Assembly: GCA_951406725.2 (NCBI GenBank)
Contig: OX597815.1
Span: forward strand, 120,962,001-121,026,000
Length of the DNA: 64,000 bases
Source: Octopus vulgaris
Lineage: Eukaryota
Direction of reading: 5' to 3'
The notes beneath the pieces were generated by a model, which had not been told where the DNA came from, did no database searches, and saw only the letters and a list, made by a program, of their open reading frames with translations. Shown here piece after piece: positions 25,451 to 38,567 of the stretch. Every line of letters starts with the position of its first letter. The stretch's first letter is position 1. The position numbers and the translations under genes were made by a program.

Positions 25451-27269
25451 TTAGTTCATTTACAAGAGGTGCGGTGAGATTTCTTATAGACTGACAGAGA
25501 GTTAGAACTTCAGATAGTTAGTAATAGAAGTACATTGTAAATTAAATAAATGAATTACTATAAACTCTCACGAAACAAAGTTGGTTGGTTAGGTTCTGTT
25601 TCCTAAATGAATGAAATAATGCTGGGTTGGACATTATAGTAAGAATATAGAATCAAATGTCCTGAGCAAGATAATTAAACTGCACTCAGTAGTAAAATTC
25701 CAGCCAGGGAGCTGAGGAATTTTAGAAAGTATTCAGTTGCCCCTTAGTTATCACTTCCTCACACCAGCCTGGGGTGATAGTTCTTCTACAAAAGTCCTAA
25801 TTTAGCATACAGGAGGGCTAGTCCCACTGGTGTATGGACATAACCTGATGTTCTCTTTCCTGAAAGGTAAATAGGATATGCACCTAAAGAGTGAGGCTCA
25901 GGAGGCCTAGAAACTAGAGTAAACTAAATAAACTGGTAGAAAGTAGTTGGGAATCAATACTGTATCTTTCCACCAAAAGGTCATGAAAACTTCAAAGTTT
26001 GAAATAGAAACTCTTAAATATGGGAACAAAATTTACTTGGGGAACACAAGCCTAGGTCCAAATTTTTTATGAATAAGGGCAAATTTTTCGATCTTAATAT
26101 CAAAACAAATGCAAGTATAATAATAATTATCATTATTATATCTGCACATCAGTCAAATTAGATAAATCCAATAATGGAAAAGTAATGTTTCAAATCAGTC
26201 CAAAAATGTTTCTATGCTCGTACATTTTGGCAATGAAGATATTCAAGATATTCATTACCCTAAAAAAATGTTATTGCATCCCCTGTAGGCATTGTACATG
26301 AAGAGAGGAAAAATAGTAAGCCAAAGCAAGCAAAATGTAGAAGGGATTCAGGAGAGCTTTTGTCTCACATGATATAAAGCATGTGTAAGAATTGTGATAA
26401 TGTATTGCAGCAAGATATTGCACTGCACAAAGAAGTTCTACAGAAACATGTATTGAGAAGAATGAGACAACTCTGATCTGTTTGATCCTGGTAGCATGAA
26501 AGACAGAGTACAAGTGCACTGAGAGGTTTGTTAGGCAATAAAGACACGAGCTGAAATTTGCAAGAGAAACAATTACACTGATTTGGACATGTGATGCATA
26601 TAGATGATGAGTGGAAAATTTCAAGTGCTCTGAGACAAAGGTATTTATAGAAGAGAATGAATAGGAAAGAACTGGTTAAGTTAGATATCAAGATACAGGG
26701 GTTAACAGAATAGGTGATGACAGACAGATGAATGATATTATGATATGCTATGCTATATACTTGTTCAACACATACCTGTAAAATGGTGATGATGGTGATG
26801 ATGATGAGGATGATCATGATGAGGATGATCAAGATGAGGGTAATGATGATGATGATGAGAACAGTGTTGACAACGACGATGACGATGCAGGCTTCTCATC
26901 TGTTTGTAATGCAGAACCAATATAAGTGCTACATAACCTAAAATATAATTTTTTCCCTGGAACAACTCAATTCCAAAATACTTCCTAAGATCAGTACAAC
27001 AGTGTACAGAACTTAAAGGAATTGCAATCTGCCTTACGTCATAATTTTTGCAGCTTACAACACATTCTACTTTTCCTCTTAATGTTATTAAATTACAGGG
27101 TGCCAAGTTGGTTCTTCAATTGATTGAATTTGGGACTTTGAAATACAAAGTCTGACAATAAAGATATAAGAATTTCTATCATTCACCTTCTCAAGAAATA
27201 ATGCACCCCTAAAATTCTCAGGCAATGATTAGTGAGCATTTAGATTGTAGTGTATTTAGTCTGTCCTTC

Positions 27270-27655
27270 ATCTTTTATTTGTTTCAGTCATTGGAATGTG
27301 GCCATGCTGGTGTACCATCTTGAAGGGTTTGGTTAGACACATTGACCTCAGTATATATTTTTTCTGGTACTTACTTTCTTGGTCCTCTTCACCAAACCAC
27401 TAAGTTATGGAGGTATAAACATCAGTTGTCAAATGTTGTGGTGGTGGGGAGACAAGCACAAAGACACACACTCATATACATACATACATATAAAATAGGC
27501 TTCTACACAATTTCCATCAAGCAAATACACTTACAAGGCATTAGTCAGTCCTGGTTATAATAGATGCTACTTGCCCAAGGTGTTGTACAGTGGGACTGAA
27601 CCCAAAACCATGCAGTTGCAAAGCAAGCTTCTTAACCACACAGTCATACCTACAA
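27270..27655 (-). mobile_element. SINE family B, near full length
   Basis: Reverse complement of family B head (cttgcccaaggtg..agtgggactgaaccc..cttaaccacacag) plus 3' body (ggccatgctgg). Confidence 0.75.
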
Positions 27656-28554
27656 CTGCATGAGAATCACAGAAAACCCCTCATTAATGAGGCATCAACT
27701 TTGATGTAAACCAGTAAAATGGTAAATGGCTAAATTGAACACAAGGATAGTCACTCCATACATTAAACCATGTTATCTGTAACGTACCATATTTGATGAC
27801 ATAAGAGATGCACAGTGCATATTAGACACATCCCAATTCCAGCAGCACTTATTCAGGAAAATGAGTTTTTAGTATATTAAAACATGAAATATAGGCCCAA
27901 GGATCTAGATGTGAATTTTTTTGAGACATTTTGGGATAAAAAATGTCTTATATACCACCTAATAATGTATATCTCAATGGTTATTCTAACTCTTAATGAG
28001 ATAAATTCACTGAAAATAAATTGTACTTTCAGGAGAGATTAATGTGGAGAAAGAATGAGTGATATTTAAGTACACAATGTAATCTGCATTCCAAAGTTAC
28101 AAAAGCAGAATTCTTGTTTTGTAACAACTATAGACTCAAGTCAGAATTCTATAATAGCAAAAAGAAAAAAAGGAAAGAAGCAAATTTTACTTGTAAGTTC
28201 ATTTGGGCCTGTAATTCTACCAAACTATAGCATTCTTTAGAATAGTTACCAGAAGTAGTCATCGAATTTTCCTAAGCTTCCAAACCAATTAGTGAAAGAT
28301 TACAAAGAAAAATAAGACTGAAAATATACTCAACATTCAAAGCTGCCATTCTTAAATATTTCCTGAGGCTGCAGAAGGGGGCAGGATGTAGTTTCTTATT
28401 AAGTAACGTATTTTCTGTTTTATTATTTCATATGTCTATACTTATTGAAGAGTCTTCTTACTGAGGACATATATTATTTAACTCACAGACACACACACTC
28501 ACATACACATGAACAAATATATACATATGTATGCGAGTGTGTATATATATACAT

Positions 28555-28586
<32 letters not shown>

Positions 28587-28658
28587 GTATATATATATAC
28601 ATACTTTCATACACTCATGCATGCATCCATTTATGCATATGTATATGTATATATATGA

Positions 28659-28689
<31 letters not shown>

Positions 28690-29838
28690 TATAATATATA
28701 TATATATATGTATGTATGTATACACAAAAAGCTTTGTGATTGAATTTGGTAGGCGGAACTTACTGCCACATATGTATATATGTGTGTAGGTGCTTGTGCC
28801 TCTCTGAGAGAGAGAGAGGGATACACACACACACACACTCACACACACACATACAGACAGGCATACATGTATACATACATACACACGCATATGCATGCAT
28901 GTGTGTATATGCAGAGTAAGAGAGAGGGAGAAAGAGAGAGAGAGAGAGAGACATTGAAATATTAACACATATGAACACGTCAAGAGTTTCAGTTCTTTTT
29001 AAACTCTCTTGCAAATTGCTTTAAAAAATAAACTTTGAATTATTTAGCACAAAAGATTTAATTCAAGTTAACATGTAAAATATCATGACTGGCAATAATA
29101 ACATGTAAATTTAGCTTAAAAGTTACTTTGGAATGTATGATTTAATAAGTTTCAGACACTTCAAAAATTATTGAGAGAGAAGAAAATGATTGATGACTCA
29201 ACTCCTGCTTCTTAAAAGTAAGTATCACTTAATCTCTTTGATCGCCATCAGTCGTTTTATTTTTTTATTTTTAATGAAGGCATAAGTTATTGTGAAGAAC
29301 TCATTCATGTAAATATGTTTAGCTATTAAACTTCATATATTTTTGAGATAAATTTGCAGTACCAGCTGAGTGACTGGCTCAAAAGCTGTCAGAAATTACA
29401 GTGAAATCAATTTTAATTATAATAACAATGGTAGTTAAGAAAACATTTTCAAAACTCAACAGAAAGCATCAATTTATAAATCATTATCAAAATATGAAGT
29501 GCAAGAAAAACAGCATATTGTAATTTTCTTGTAACTCACTAAAACTTTTGAAAACTACTTATATGAATTATTGTTGGAAATATATAGGAAGAAAAAAAAA
29601 ATATCAAATTGATCTACAAAACTTGAAAATTGGTAAAAGAGAATTTTAGAAAATAAAACAGAAACACAACCTCAAATGAAGAATAGCTACAAAATCATAC
29701 TAAATTGCCAGATTACGAGCAGAGTTTTTTTTTAGTTCAGTAATAGCAATATTTCTAAAACATCTTTTTTAATGACTGCACTTATGAACCACATTTTAAT
29801 CTCTGTCAATTATCTTTTAGAATTCTTAGAGGTTGTAC

Positions 29839-29887
<49 letters not shown>

Positions 29888-29888
29888 G

Positions 29889-29921
<33 letters not shown>

Positions 29922-30088
29922 GCAGGATTTCGTCTGTCTTTACGTTCTGAGTCCAAATTCCATCAAGGTCAACTTTGCCTCTTGTCCTTTCAGGGTTGAT
30001 AAATTGAGTACCAGTTGAGTACTGGGGGTGATGTAATCGACTATCCCCCTCCTCCAAATATCAGTCTTTGTGCCTATAGTAGAAAGGA

Positions 30089-30152
<64 letters not shown>

Positions 30153-30350
30153 CGCAAAGGTGAACTGGCTGAATCATCAGCAAACTGCTTATAAGGCAAA
30201 ATGCTTGTTGGCATTTCTTCCTGCTTTACGTTTTGCCTTTCATTCTCTTGGAGTCAGTGAAATAAGTACCAGTTGAGCACTGACGCTGATGTAATTGACT
30301 TACTCTTTCACCAAAATTTCAGGTCTTTTACCTATAGCAGAAAGGATTAT
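29922..30350 (+). mobile_element. Two tandem SINE family A copies separated by (ATT)n
   Basis: Family A bodies at 29922-30090 and 30155-30350, each followed by an ATT tract. Confidence 0.7.
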
Positions 30351-30403
30351 AATAATAATAATTATTATTATTGTTGTTGTTGTTGTTGTTTTTATTATTT
30401 TTA

Positions 30404-31716
30404 TTATTCAGTAGTTTTATTTTTATAGTGTGCTTTCACTTCACTACCGAGCACAGCTCTGTGTGCCTTGGGTATGTGCTGTGATTTGTTGTGATGCTCT
30501 GAGGGTTACTGTATTGAAAGCGTTTTGCGTAGGATGTGTGTAGTGCTCAGTAGTGCAATTTTCTGTATGCTATATATGTTTGTAAGTCCTGGTGTTTTTG
30601 TTATGTATTTGTCTGAATATTTTTTTATCATGCCTAATGCACCTACTGTGATAGGAATTGTTTCTGTTTTTAGATTCCACATTCTGGGTACCTCTATTTC
30701 CAGGTCTTTGTACTTTGAAATTTTCTCCATTTCTTTTAGAGACACGTTGTCATCTGCTGGTATTGATACATCAATTAGAAAGCATTTTTTTTCTTCATGA
30801 TCTCTGACAACTATATCTGGTCTGTTGGCCTTAATATCTCTATCTGTGTGTATTGGCATATCCCAGAGTATGGTTGCTTTCTCGTTTTCTGTGACCTTTT
30901 CTGGTGTGTGCCTATACCATCTTTTTTCTGTTGTTATTCCATAATGTTGGCATAGCTTCCAATGTATGTAGGTCCCAACTCTGTTGTGTCTGTGAATATA
31001 TTCTTTCTTAACCAGGACTGGGCAGCCAGAGATAATATAATCTATTGTTTCTTGTCCATCTCCACATATTCTACAGTTACTTGTTATATTTCTTTTCATT
31101 ACATGTTTTTGGTAATTTCTGGTGGGGAGGCTTTGTTCATGTGCTGCAATTAAAAATCCCTCTGTCTCTGCTTTGAGTCCTGTGCTTCTCAACTATTGCT
31201 GGGATTTTTCTTTGTCTATTTCTTTTGCATTTAGTTTAGTCCAGTATTTGTCATGAAGGGGCTTTTCTTGCCATCGTTTTATCATGGTTCGTTGCTCTTC
31301 TAGTTTTAGTTTGGATTTCATTTGTTTTATAGCTTTTGTTGTTTCTTTATCTTCTTCTTCTTCTTCATATTTGTTAGGTGGTATGATTTCTTGTTTATAT
31401 TTGTCAGCTTCCTTAAATACTGAAAACAGTTTTTTGTTTTGCTCGTGTTTTGCTGCTATTTGTACCAGTTTTCCTTCCTTCTGAAGTAGATATTTTTGCA
31501 GTCCTATGGTGGTTATTTTATAGTAGTTTTCCAGCTGTATAAGGCCTCTACCACCTTCTATACGTTGTATATATAGCCTTTCTATGTCAGATTTTGGGCG
31601 ATGCATCCTAGATCCTGTCATTATTTTTCTTGTTTTCCTATCTATTTTGGTCAGTTCATTTAGTGTCCAGTTAAGGATATTGTAGCTGTTTATATTTTGG
31701 TCAGTTCATTTAGTGT
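30404..31716 (-). mobile_element. 5'-truncated R4/Dong-like RLE non-LTR retrotransposon in (TAA)n
   Basis: RT-thumb HRPKSDIERLY..EGGRGL, knuckle CRICGDGQETIDYIISGC, RLE NRPDIVVRD..CFLIDVSIP.D.N..KE.EKISKY, 3' UTR ending in a TAA tract. Confidence 0.92.
30506..31621 (-). pseudogene. RT-thumb / zinc knuckle / RLE coding remnant with one in-frame stop
   Basis: ORFs 31193..31621 and 30506..31192 are in the same frame and separated only by a stop codon. Confidence 0.85.
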
Positions 31717-31778
<62 letters not shown>

Positions 31779-31802
31779 ATTATTATTATTATTATTATTA
31801 TC

Positions 31803-32175
31803 ATTATTCAGTAGTTTTATTTTTATAGCGTGCTTTCACTTCACTACCGAGTGCAGCTCTGTGTGCCTTAGGTATGTGCTGTGATTTGTTGTGATGCTCT
31901 GATGGTTATTGTATGGAAAGTGTTCTGCGTAGGATGTGTGCAGTGCCTAGTAGTGCAATTTTCTGTATGTTATATGTGTTTGTAAGTCCTGGTGTTTTTG
32001 TTATGTATTTGTCTGAATATTTTTTTATCATGCCTAATGCACCTACTATGATAGGAATTGTTTCTGTTTTTAGATACCACATTCTGGTTACCTCTATTTC
32101 CAGGTCTTTGTATTTTGAAAGTTTCTCCATTTCTTTTAGAGGCACGTTGTCATCCGCAGGTATTGATTCATCAAT
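31803..32175 (-). mobile_element. Second, shorter copy of the same R4/Dong-like element
   Basis: ORF 31906..32145 nearly identical to the C-terminus of 30506..31192; same 3' UTR; flanked by (ATT)n. Confidence 0.9.
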
Positions 32176-32229
32176 TTATTATCATTATTATTATTATTAT
32201 TATTATCATCATCATTATTATTATTATTA

Positions 32230-32276
<47 letters not shown>

Positions 32277-32349
32277 GTTATGTCAACAGTTTTATTCATA
32301 TTTATTGTTTTCACTAAACAATTGAGCACAGCTTTGAGTACCTTGTATA

Positions 32350-32665
32350 CATGCAATTTTTCTTTTTTTGTTTTTTTCTATTATATAGAAGGTACTCAAT
32401 ACAATGTGCTTCTAGTGCTTACTAGTGCTATTTTCTGAATTTAGTGTATACCTATAAGCCCTGGGGTTTTGGTTTTGCATTTGTTTGCATTTTGTTTTTA
32501 ATCATGCCCCAAAGCAGTTTTCTGTTATTATGGGGATTTTTTTCTATTTTCAGATCCTATGTTCTGTTTATCTCTGATTCTAGATCTTTATATTTGAATG
32601 TTTTCACCATTTCTTTTTGAGATATATCACAGTCTGTTGGGATTGCTACATTGATCAGAAGATTA
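32350..32665 (-). mobile_element. Third, more diverged copy of the R4/Dong-like 3' end
   Basis: tagtgctattttctgaat..ctggggttttggttttg..atcatgccc..tttatatttgaa..ccatttcttt parallels 30550-30770. Confidence 0.65.
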
Positions 32666-32669
32666 GTAT

Positions 32670-32693
32670 CAGTGTTGTTGTTGTTGTTGTTAA

Positions 32694-32747
<54 letters not shown>

Positions 32748-33145
32748 CAGTAGTAGTAGTAGCAGTTGAAGACCAGTAGCAGCAACAGCAGCAGCAGTAA
32801 CAGTAGCAGCAGCATTGATGGTGGTGGTGGCGGTGGCGGTGGTGGTGGTTGTGGTGGTGGTGGTAGTGGTGGAAGCAGCAGCAGCAGCCGCAGTAGTAGT
32901 GGTGGTGGTGGTGGTGGTGGTGGTAGTACCACCATCAACGACTGCAGCACCATGACCACAATCACCATCATAATCATGATCATCATCAACACCATCTTCA
33001 TTATTTCACTTATTTTAAGCTTATTGTAAGATGATGTTGTCGATGTAATCATGTGAGATTCTTCAAGTTGTTGTTGTTGCAGCTGCTGCTGCTGCTGCTG
33101 CTGTTGTCGTCGTCGTTGTCATCATTGTTGTTGTTATTGTTGTTA
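32670..33145. repeat. Compound triplet microsatellite (TTG/TAG/CAG/GGT/CAT/GCT)
   Basis: Direct observation; produces spurious poly-amino-acid ORFs. Confidence 0.9.
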
Positions 33146-33672
33146 GCACTTTAAAGTGGCAACGACAGCATTCAGGTTAACAAAAAAAAGAAAGTTTTGT
33201 ACAAGAATTTTACATGAGATTACCATAATTATATATTTGAGAACAAAGACCAACAGATACTACTGATTAAATGCAAAGTAAGCATTGAAATAGAATTCTT
33301 ATAACCATTTCCCAAGAGAATAAAACAATTACTTTTACTAAATTTAATAGTAGCTTAAAGGATATAAAATTGATATAGTCTTAAATAGAAAAGATATTAT
33401 CATTATTGAAATTATCATCATTTTTCACATTCATTTTATTTGTTCTTTGATGTGTTTTGTTTTTGTTTTGATTTTTTTTGCATGTTGGAATGGATTGTGA
33501 TAGATCTACAGATTGTGGTTTAGAGGAGTATGAGGAATGTAAAGTGACATACTTAGAAGGTGGAACGGTGTGAGTGGGTGCAGCTGTTTCAACGCTAATA
33601 ATTTGGCACAGCTGAATGGAGATTCAGTCAGTTTTGATATTTGGTGAGAGTAATTTTTGATGCAAAAAAGGC

Positions 33673-33709
<37 letters not shown>

Positions 33710-33754
33710 AGTATGAATGTATATATAATGTGTATATATATATATATAATGTGT

Positions 33755-34861
33755 CATCATCATCATCGTCATCGCCGTTTAACGTCCGCTTTCCATGCTG
33801 GTATGGTTTGGGCGATTTGACTGGGGACTGGTGAGCTAGAAGGCTGCACCAGGCTCCAATCTGATCTGGCAAAGTTTCTACAGCTGGTTGCCCTTCCTAA
33901 TGCCAACCACTCCTACAGTATAGTGGGTGCTTTTACATGCCACTGGCATGAGGGCCAGTTATGCGGTACTGGCATCGACATGCTCAAATGATGCTTTTTA
34001 CATGCCACCTGCACAGGAACCAGTCTGGTGGCACTGGCAACGACCACACACAAATTGTGCTTTTAAACATGCCATTGACAAAGGAGCTAATCAGGCAATG
34101 CTGGCAACAATCACACTTGAATGGTGTTTTTTACATGTCACTGGCACAGTTGCCAGTCAGTGGCCCTGGCAACAATCACACTCAAACGGTGCTTTAACAT
34201 TCCACTGGCATGGGTGCCAATCAAGCAGTACTGTCATCTGCCACAACAACGATTTCACTCGCCTCAACAGGTCTTTGCAAGTGTAGTTTATTGGCCAATG
34301 ATTGAAGGGTACCCTTAAATGGGCTGGTTATACAGCACTGGTATAGGCCACTGTTATGGTCTCACTTGGCTTGCTGGGTCTTCTCAAGCACAGCATATCC
34401 CCAAAGGTCTTGGTCACTTGTCATTGCCTCGGTAAAGCCCAATGTTTGAAGGTTGTGCTTCACCACCTATCCCAGGTCTTTTGGGGTCTACCTCTACCAC
34501 AGGTTCCCTCAACTGCTAGGGTGAGACACTTTTTCACACAGCCCTCCTCATCCATTCACAACACATGACCATACCAGCACAGTCGTCTCCCTTGCACACC
34601 ACATCTGATGCTTCTTAAGTCCAACTTTTCTCTCAGGGCACTTACACTCTGTGGTGTATGCACACTGACATTACACATCCAGTGGACATACTGGCTTCAT
34701 TCCTTGCAAGCTTATGCATGTCCTCAGCAGTCACAGCTCATATTTCACTATGTAGCATAGCTGTTCGCACATATACGTCATGCAGTCTACTCTGAACATT
34801 GCCCAGGCTATTCTTATTCTAGCAGCAGTGGCAGTAGCAAAAGTAGTAGTAGTAGTAGTAA

Positions 34862-34912
<51 letters not shown>

Positions 34913-35390
34913 GGTGACTATGTCAGTAATGGGTCGGATGCTTTCAGAGCATCTTATTGACTTGGTCACCCAGGTAATGGAAGCTATCAACTACTTGTAG
35001 TTTTTCCCCTTGGAATGTGACGGAAGGTGTTTTCTGCACATTTTCAGTGTTTATTGCCCCTGAGCATTTGCCACACACAAAAACTATCTTTCCAGTCAGT
35101 TTTCCTTTGATATTGCTGCACCTCTTATGTGTCCATAGCTTACACTACACACATCTTATGGAGTTTCTACCTATGCCTTTTGTACAGATCAAGCAGGGCC
35201 ATCTACTTGATTTGTGATTTGTCTGCCTTCCTACTTATCAAGACTTTGATTTTTGCTAGGTTGACTCTAAGGTCCTTCGATTCTAATTCTTGCTTCCACA
35301 CCTGAAACTTCTCCTCTAGTTCTGATAATGACTCAGCATAGAGGAACTTCCAGGGGCATTTTGTCTTGAATTCCTTTGTTATTGCCTCTG
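33755..35390 (-). mobile_element. RTE-clade LINE, 5'-truncated, with (GAT)n tail; interrupted by a (TAG)n tract at ~34820-34912
   Basis: ORF 35203..35451 EAITKEFKTKCPWKFLYA..WKQELESKDLRVNLAK (RT YADD region); 34430-34700 encodes the RTE C-terminus; 3' UTR has gtgcttttacatgccac subrepeats. Confidence 0.85.
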
Positions 35391-35611
35391 TGTGTGTGTG
35401 TGTATATATATATATTGTTAAGACAGGATATTTTACTACTTTTCTTAACATGAAACCAATGGTAGCCTTAATTCACAAATAAAGAAATTATACACACCAA
35501 TGCAGTATATATATATTAATCGATGAAATTCCAACCTAGTCTGATTTTCACATTTTATTATTTAAAATTTTCACAATTTTACAATATATAATAATAAAAT
35601 ATTATATAAAT

Positions 35612-35955
35612 AATTGCAGCATGGAAGGTGTTTATAAACCATTTAAGAAACACACAAAAAACGTTAGATTCACTTCAACATTTAAATTTAATTTTCCAAA
35701 ATATTTTCGTTGCTTTGAGACCATGACCTATTCACTGACAAAATTCTGTGCTGCACGGAGTTTTGTCAGTGAATAGGTTGTGGTCTCAAAGTAACGAAAA
35801 TATTTTGGCAAATTATATTTAAATGTTGAAGTGAATCTAACTTTTTTTGTGTATTTCTTAAATGGTTTATAAATACCTTCCATGCTGCAATTGCTTTTGT
35901 TCCAGCACACAATCTCAGATCAGGTCACTTGCTATGCAAGCACATCTCTGGAATA
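35612..35955. repeat. 281-bp near-perfect palindrome (35612-35892, centre 35752) plus unique tail
   Basis: aattgcagcatggaagg...ctgtgc-t-gcacgg...ccttccatgctgcaatt. Confidence 0.9.
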
Positions 35956-35962
35956 TTATATA

Positions 35963-36595
35963 CTAGCAGTATAACCCGGCTTTGCCCGGGGTTAAGTTAC
36001 GATTATTAAGCTAATCAAGTTCTTTATTTCAAACCAAACTAAGTAATATTGACTCTCAACAAAACACTTTTTTACTCGGCATAAAATAAAAACAAAACTC
36101 TTTCACATCCAAAGTAATGTGTGAGAGAGAGAGGGGGGAGAAAGATGAACGATTTAAAATAAATAAATGATTTAAAATAAATATATTGTAATTGTTGTGT
36201 GAGAAAGTATATATACTATTATTATAAAATATAGTGTCTTTCAAAAACATCCTAAATTTGAACACTATATCTCATGTTTAAGAAAAAACAAAACATTTTA
36301 CGTTTTATTTTTTATGAACGTCGTCACTTTCTCTCTCCCTCTCTCACTTTGTCTTTCCCATGAAACTCTCTGCCCCTCTTCCACTTTCCTTTATATTTTT
36401 TTTTGTTAGACGCCATCAAAAAGCTATGGCTGATATTTTTTATGGCTAAAAATAGAATTTTACTGCTATCTGCGGGTGCCTCAGGAAAAAAATAAGTTGA
36501 CAAAACCCAGATAGGTTTGGAGCGACATGCGTGCTAATTTGTGGATGTGCATAAATTACAATCATGTACACACACCATGCCTTTTATAGATATGA
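35963..36595 (-). mobile_element. Non-autonomous Helitron
   Basis: CTAG at 35963-35966 with adjacent GC hairpin (cccggctttgcccggg) as in 3129; 5' end A|TCATATCTATAAAAGG. Confidence 0.8.
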
Positions 36596-36873
36596 TTTAT
36601 TGTGATAAAACTAGTGCCTTCATGCATTATGCAATCATCAGATTTATGGAGAAGTAGTGACAGTTGTGCTTGGGAACATGACTCACAACTACTACATAAA
36701 CCTGATGATTGTGTAATGCATGAAGGTACTAGTATTATCACAATAAATATATATATATTTCATTATTATAATATCGTAAAATTGTGAAAATTGTAAATCA
36801 TAAACATAAAAATCAGACTAGGTTGGAATTTCATTGATTAATATATATTCTCCTATACACATTCATACAATTC

Positions 36874-36906
<33 letters not shown>

Positions 36907-37229
36907 TAAAGGAAGCTGCACATATAATACATAACTTAGAAGCAGTGCTACAATGCTTCAGATGTACCAACACACACGAGATTGAGACATGGCCGACCTC
37001 ACGCACTTCTCATGAGGAATTCCGGAAGGAGCTTCATGAGACCACTGCTGAGACGCTTCCCAAAAAAATAAAAAAGAAAAGCTGTTGGCAAACCAATTAT
37101 AGCAGCAACTACATCTAAGAATATCTGAAGAATAAATTTTATACTTTACAAACAATACACAATGCTTCAAGCAAACTACAATACTCTCCTCTCTCTCTCT
37201 CTATATATATATGCGTGTGTGTGTATATG

Positions 37230-37260
<31 letters not shown>

Positions 37261-37485
37261 ACATATATTCTTCCACTTATTGTATAACATTACTCTTTTA
37301 TGTACACTTTTTTATGTATACTCCTTTATGTACACTGTTTTGCTCTACTTTTTTATGTTTAACCCTATAGTTTTTTATGTGGTGGTTTAATAAAGTATGT
37401 GATTGAGTATTATCTGGTAATTGATATTTGATTTAGATGTATTTCTCCATTTTCTTATTTTGTATATATACATGTACATACATAT

Positions 37486-37528
<43 letters not shown>

Positions 37529-37639
37529 ACACATATGCACACATCTGTCAGAAGATCTCATTCAACTATGTCTATAAATTAATGGACTATGTGTATATGA
37601 GTAAAAGAAAGAAAACACACACACACATATATTCTTTCT

Positions 37640-38002
37640 TTTACTTGTTTTACTTGTTTCAGCCATTTGACTGTGACCAAGCTGGAGCACCACCTTTAGT
37701 TGAACAAATCAACCCCAAGACTTATTCTTTGTTTGCTGAATCACTAAGTTACGGGGATGTAAACACACCAGTATCAGTTGTCAAGCGATGTTGGAAAGAC
37801 AAACTCAAGCACACAAACATATACACACATACATATATACATATATATGACAGGCTTCTTTCAGTTTCTGTCTTCCAAATCCACTCACAAGGCTTTGGTC
37901 GGCCCAAGGCTATAGTACAATACATTCTCCCAAAGTGCCATGCAGTGGGACTGAACCTGGTACCATGTGGTTGGTAAGCAAGCTATTTACCACACAGCCA
38001 CT
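37640..38002 (-). mobile_element. SINE family B, near full length
   Basis: Reverse complement of family B head and body. Confidence 0.8.
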
Positions 38003-38567
38003 TTATAAATATAAATTTTACTTGTGAAGAAGCAGTAGTTGAATAAACTCTGTGTGTGTGTGTGTGTGTGTGTGTTCTGTGCACATGTGCTTGCACGTGT
38101 GTGTATGTTAATGTTCTGTAAGAAAATATTTCTTACTTTGCTTCAATATAAATTTGGGTTTCAAAACTCTAATGGAGAACATGTGGATTTGACAACTAAA
38201 GGAAATTGGTGCATTTCTTTATTTTTATTTTATATAATTTTTGGTGAAGACAAGTATCATTCATTACAGGATTCCAATGGATCTTTCACTTTCACTTTAT
38301 ATCTGATAGTGAGAGGGAAAAGAGATTATCTGTGCAATGCTATGTGGAACCAATGTCATAATGTTACACAGATTAATTCAGCACCACCAGGGTTTTTGGT
38401 TTTCCAAGCAAATGCTTACATCTTTCACTGATATTTATCATTGGATGATGTGTGGGGACAAACACATACACACAAAATATTTGCATGTTTAAGTATCTAA
38501 TAAAGAATACTCAATTTAAGGTCTGAAAGTTATCACATCTGAGAGAATTGACATAGGTATATATATA

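Larger units (their letters stand above)
35509..36848. repeat. Large fold-back element: outer arms 35509-35608 / 36749-36848 and inner palindrome 36596-36748, with an HHR-like motif in each inner arm; split by two nested insertions
   Basis: gatgaaattccaacctagtctgatttt is mirrored by aaaatcagactaggttggaatttcat; inner arm reads aaac-CTGATGA-ttgtgtaatgcat-GAAG-gtac-TA-gt. Confidence 0.8.

Noticed and set aside
28445-29014. Many overlapping ORFs, similarly at 45634-46191 and 60306-60593
   Set aside because: Stop-free dinucleotide and tetranucleotide repeats.
32690-33052. Poly-Gly/Ser/Pro ORFs on both strands
   Set aside because: Translations of a compound triplet microsatellite; no splice or homology support.
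33900-34220. Regularly spaced gtgcttttacatgccactggca motifs resembling a CRISPR array
   Set aside because: Degenerate subrepeats of the RTE 3' UTR in a eukaryotic context; no cas genes.
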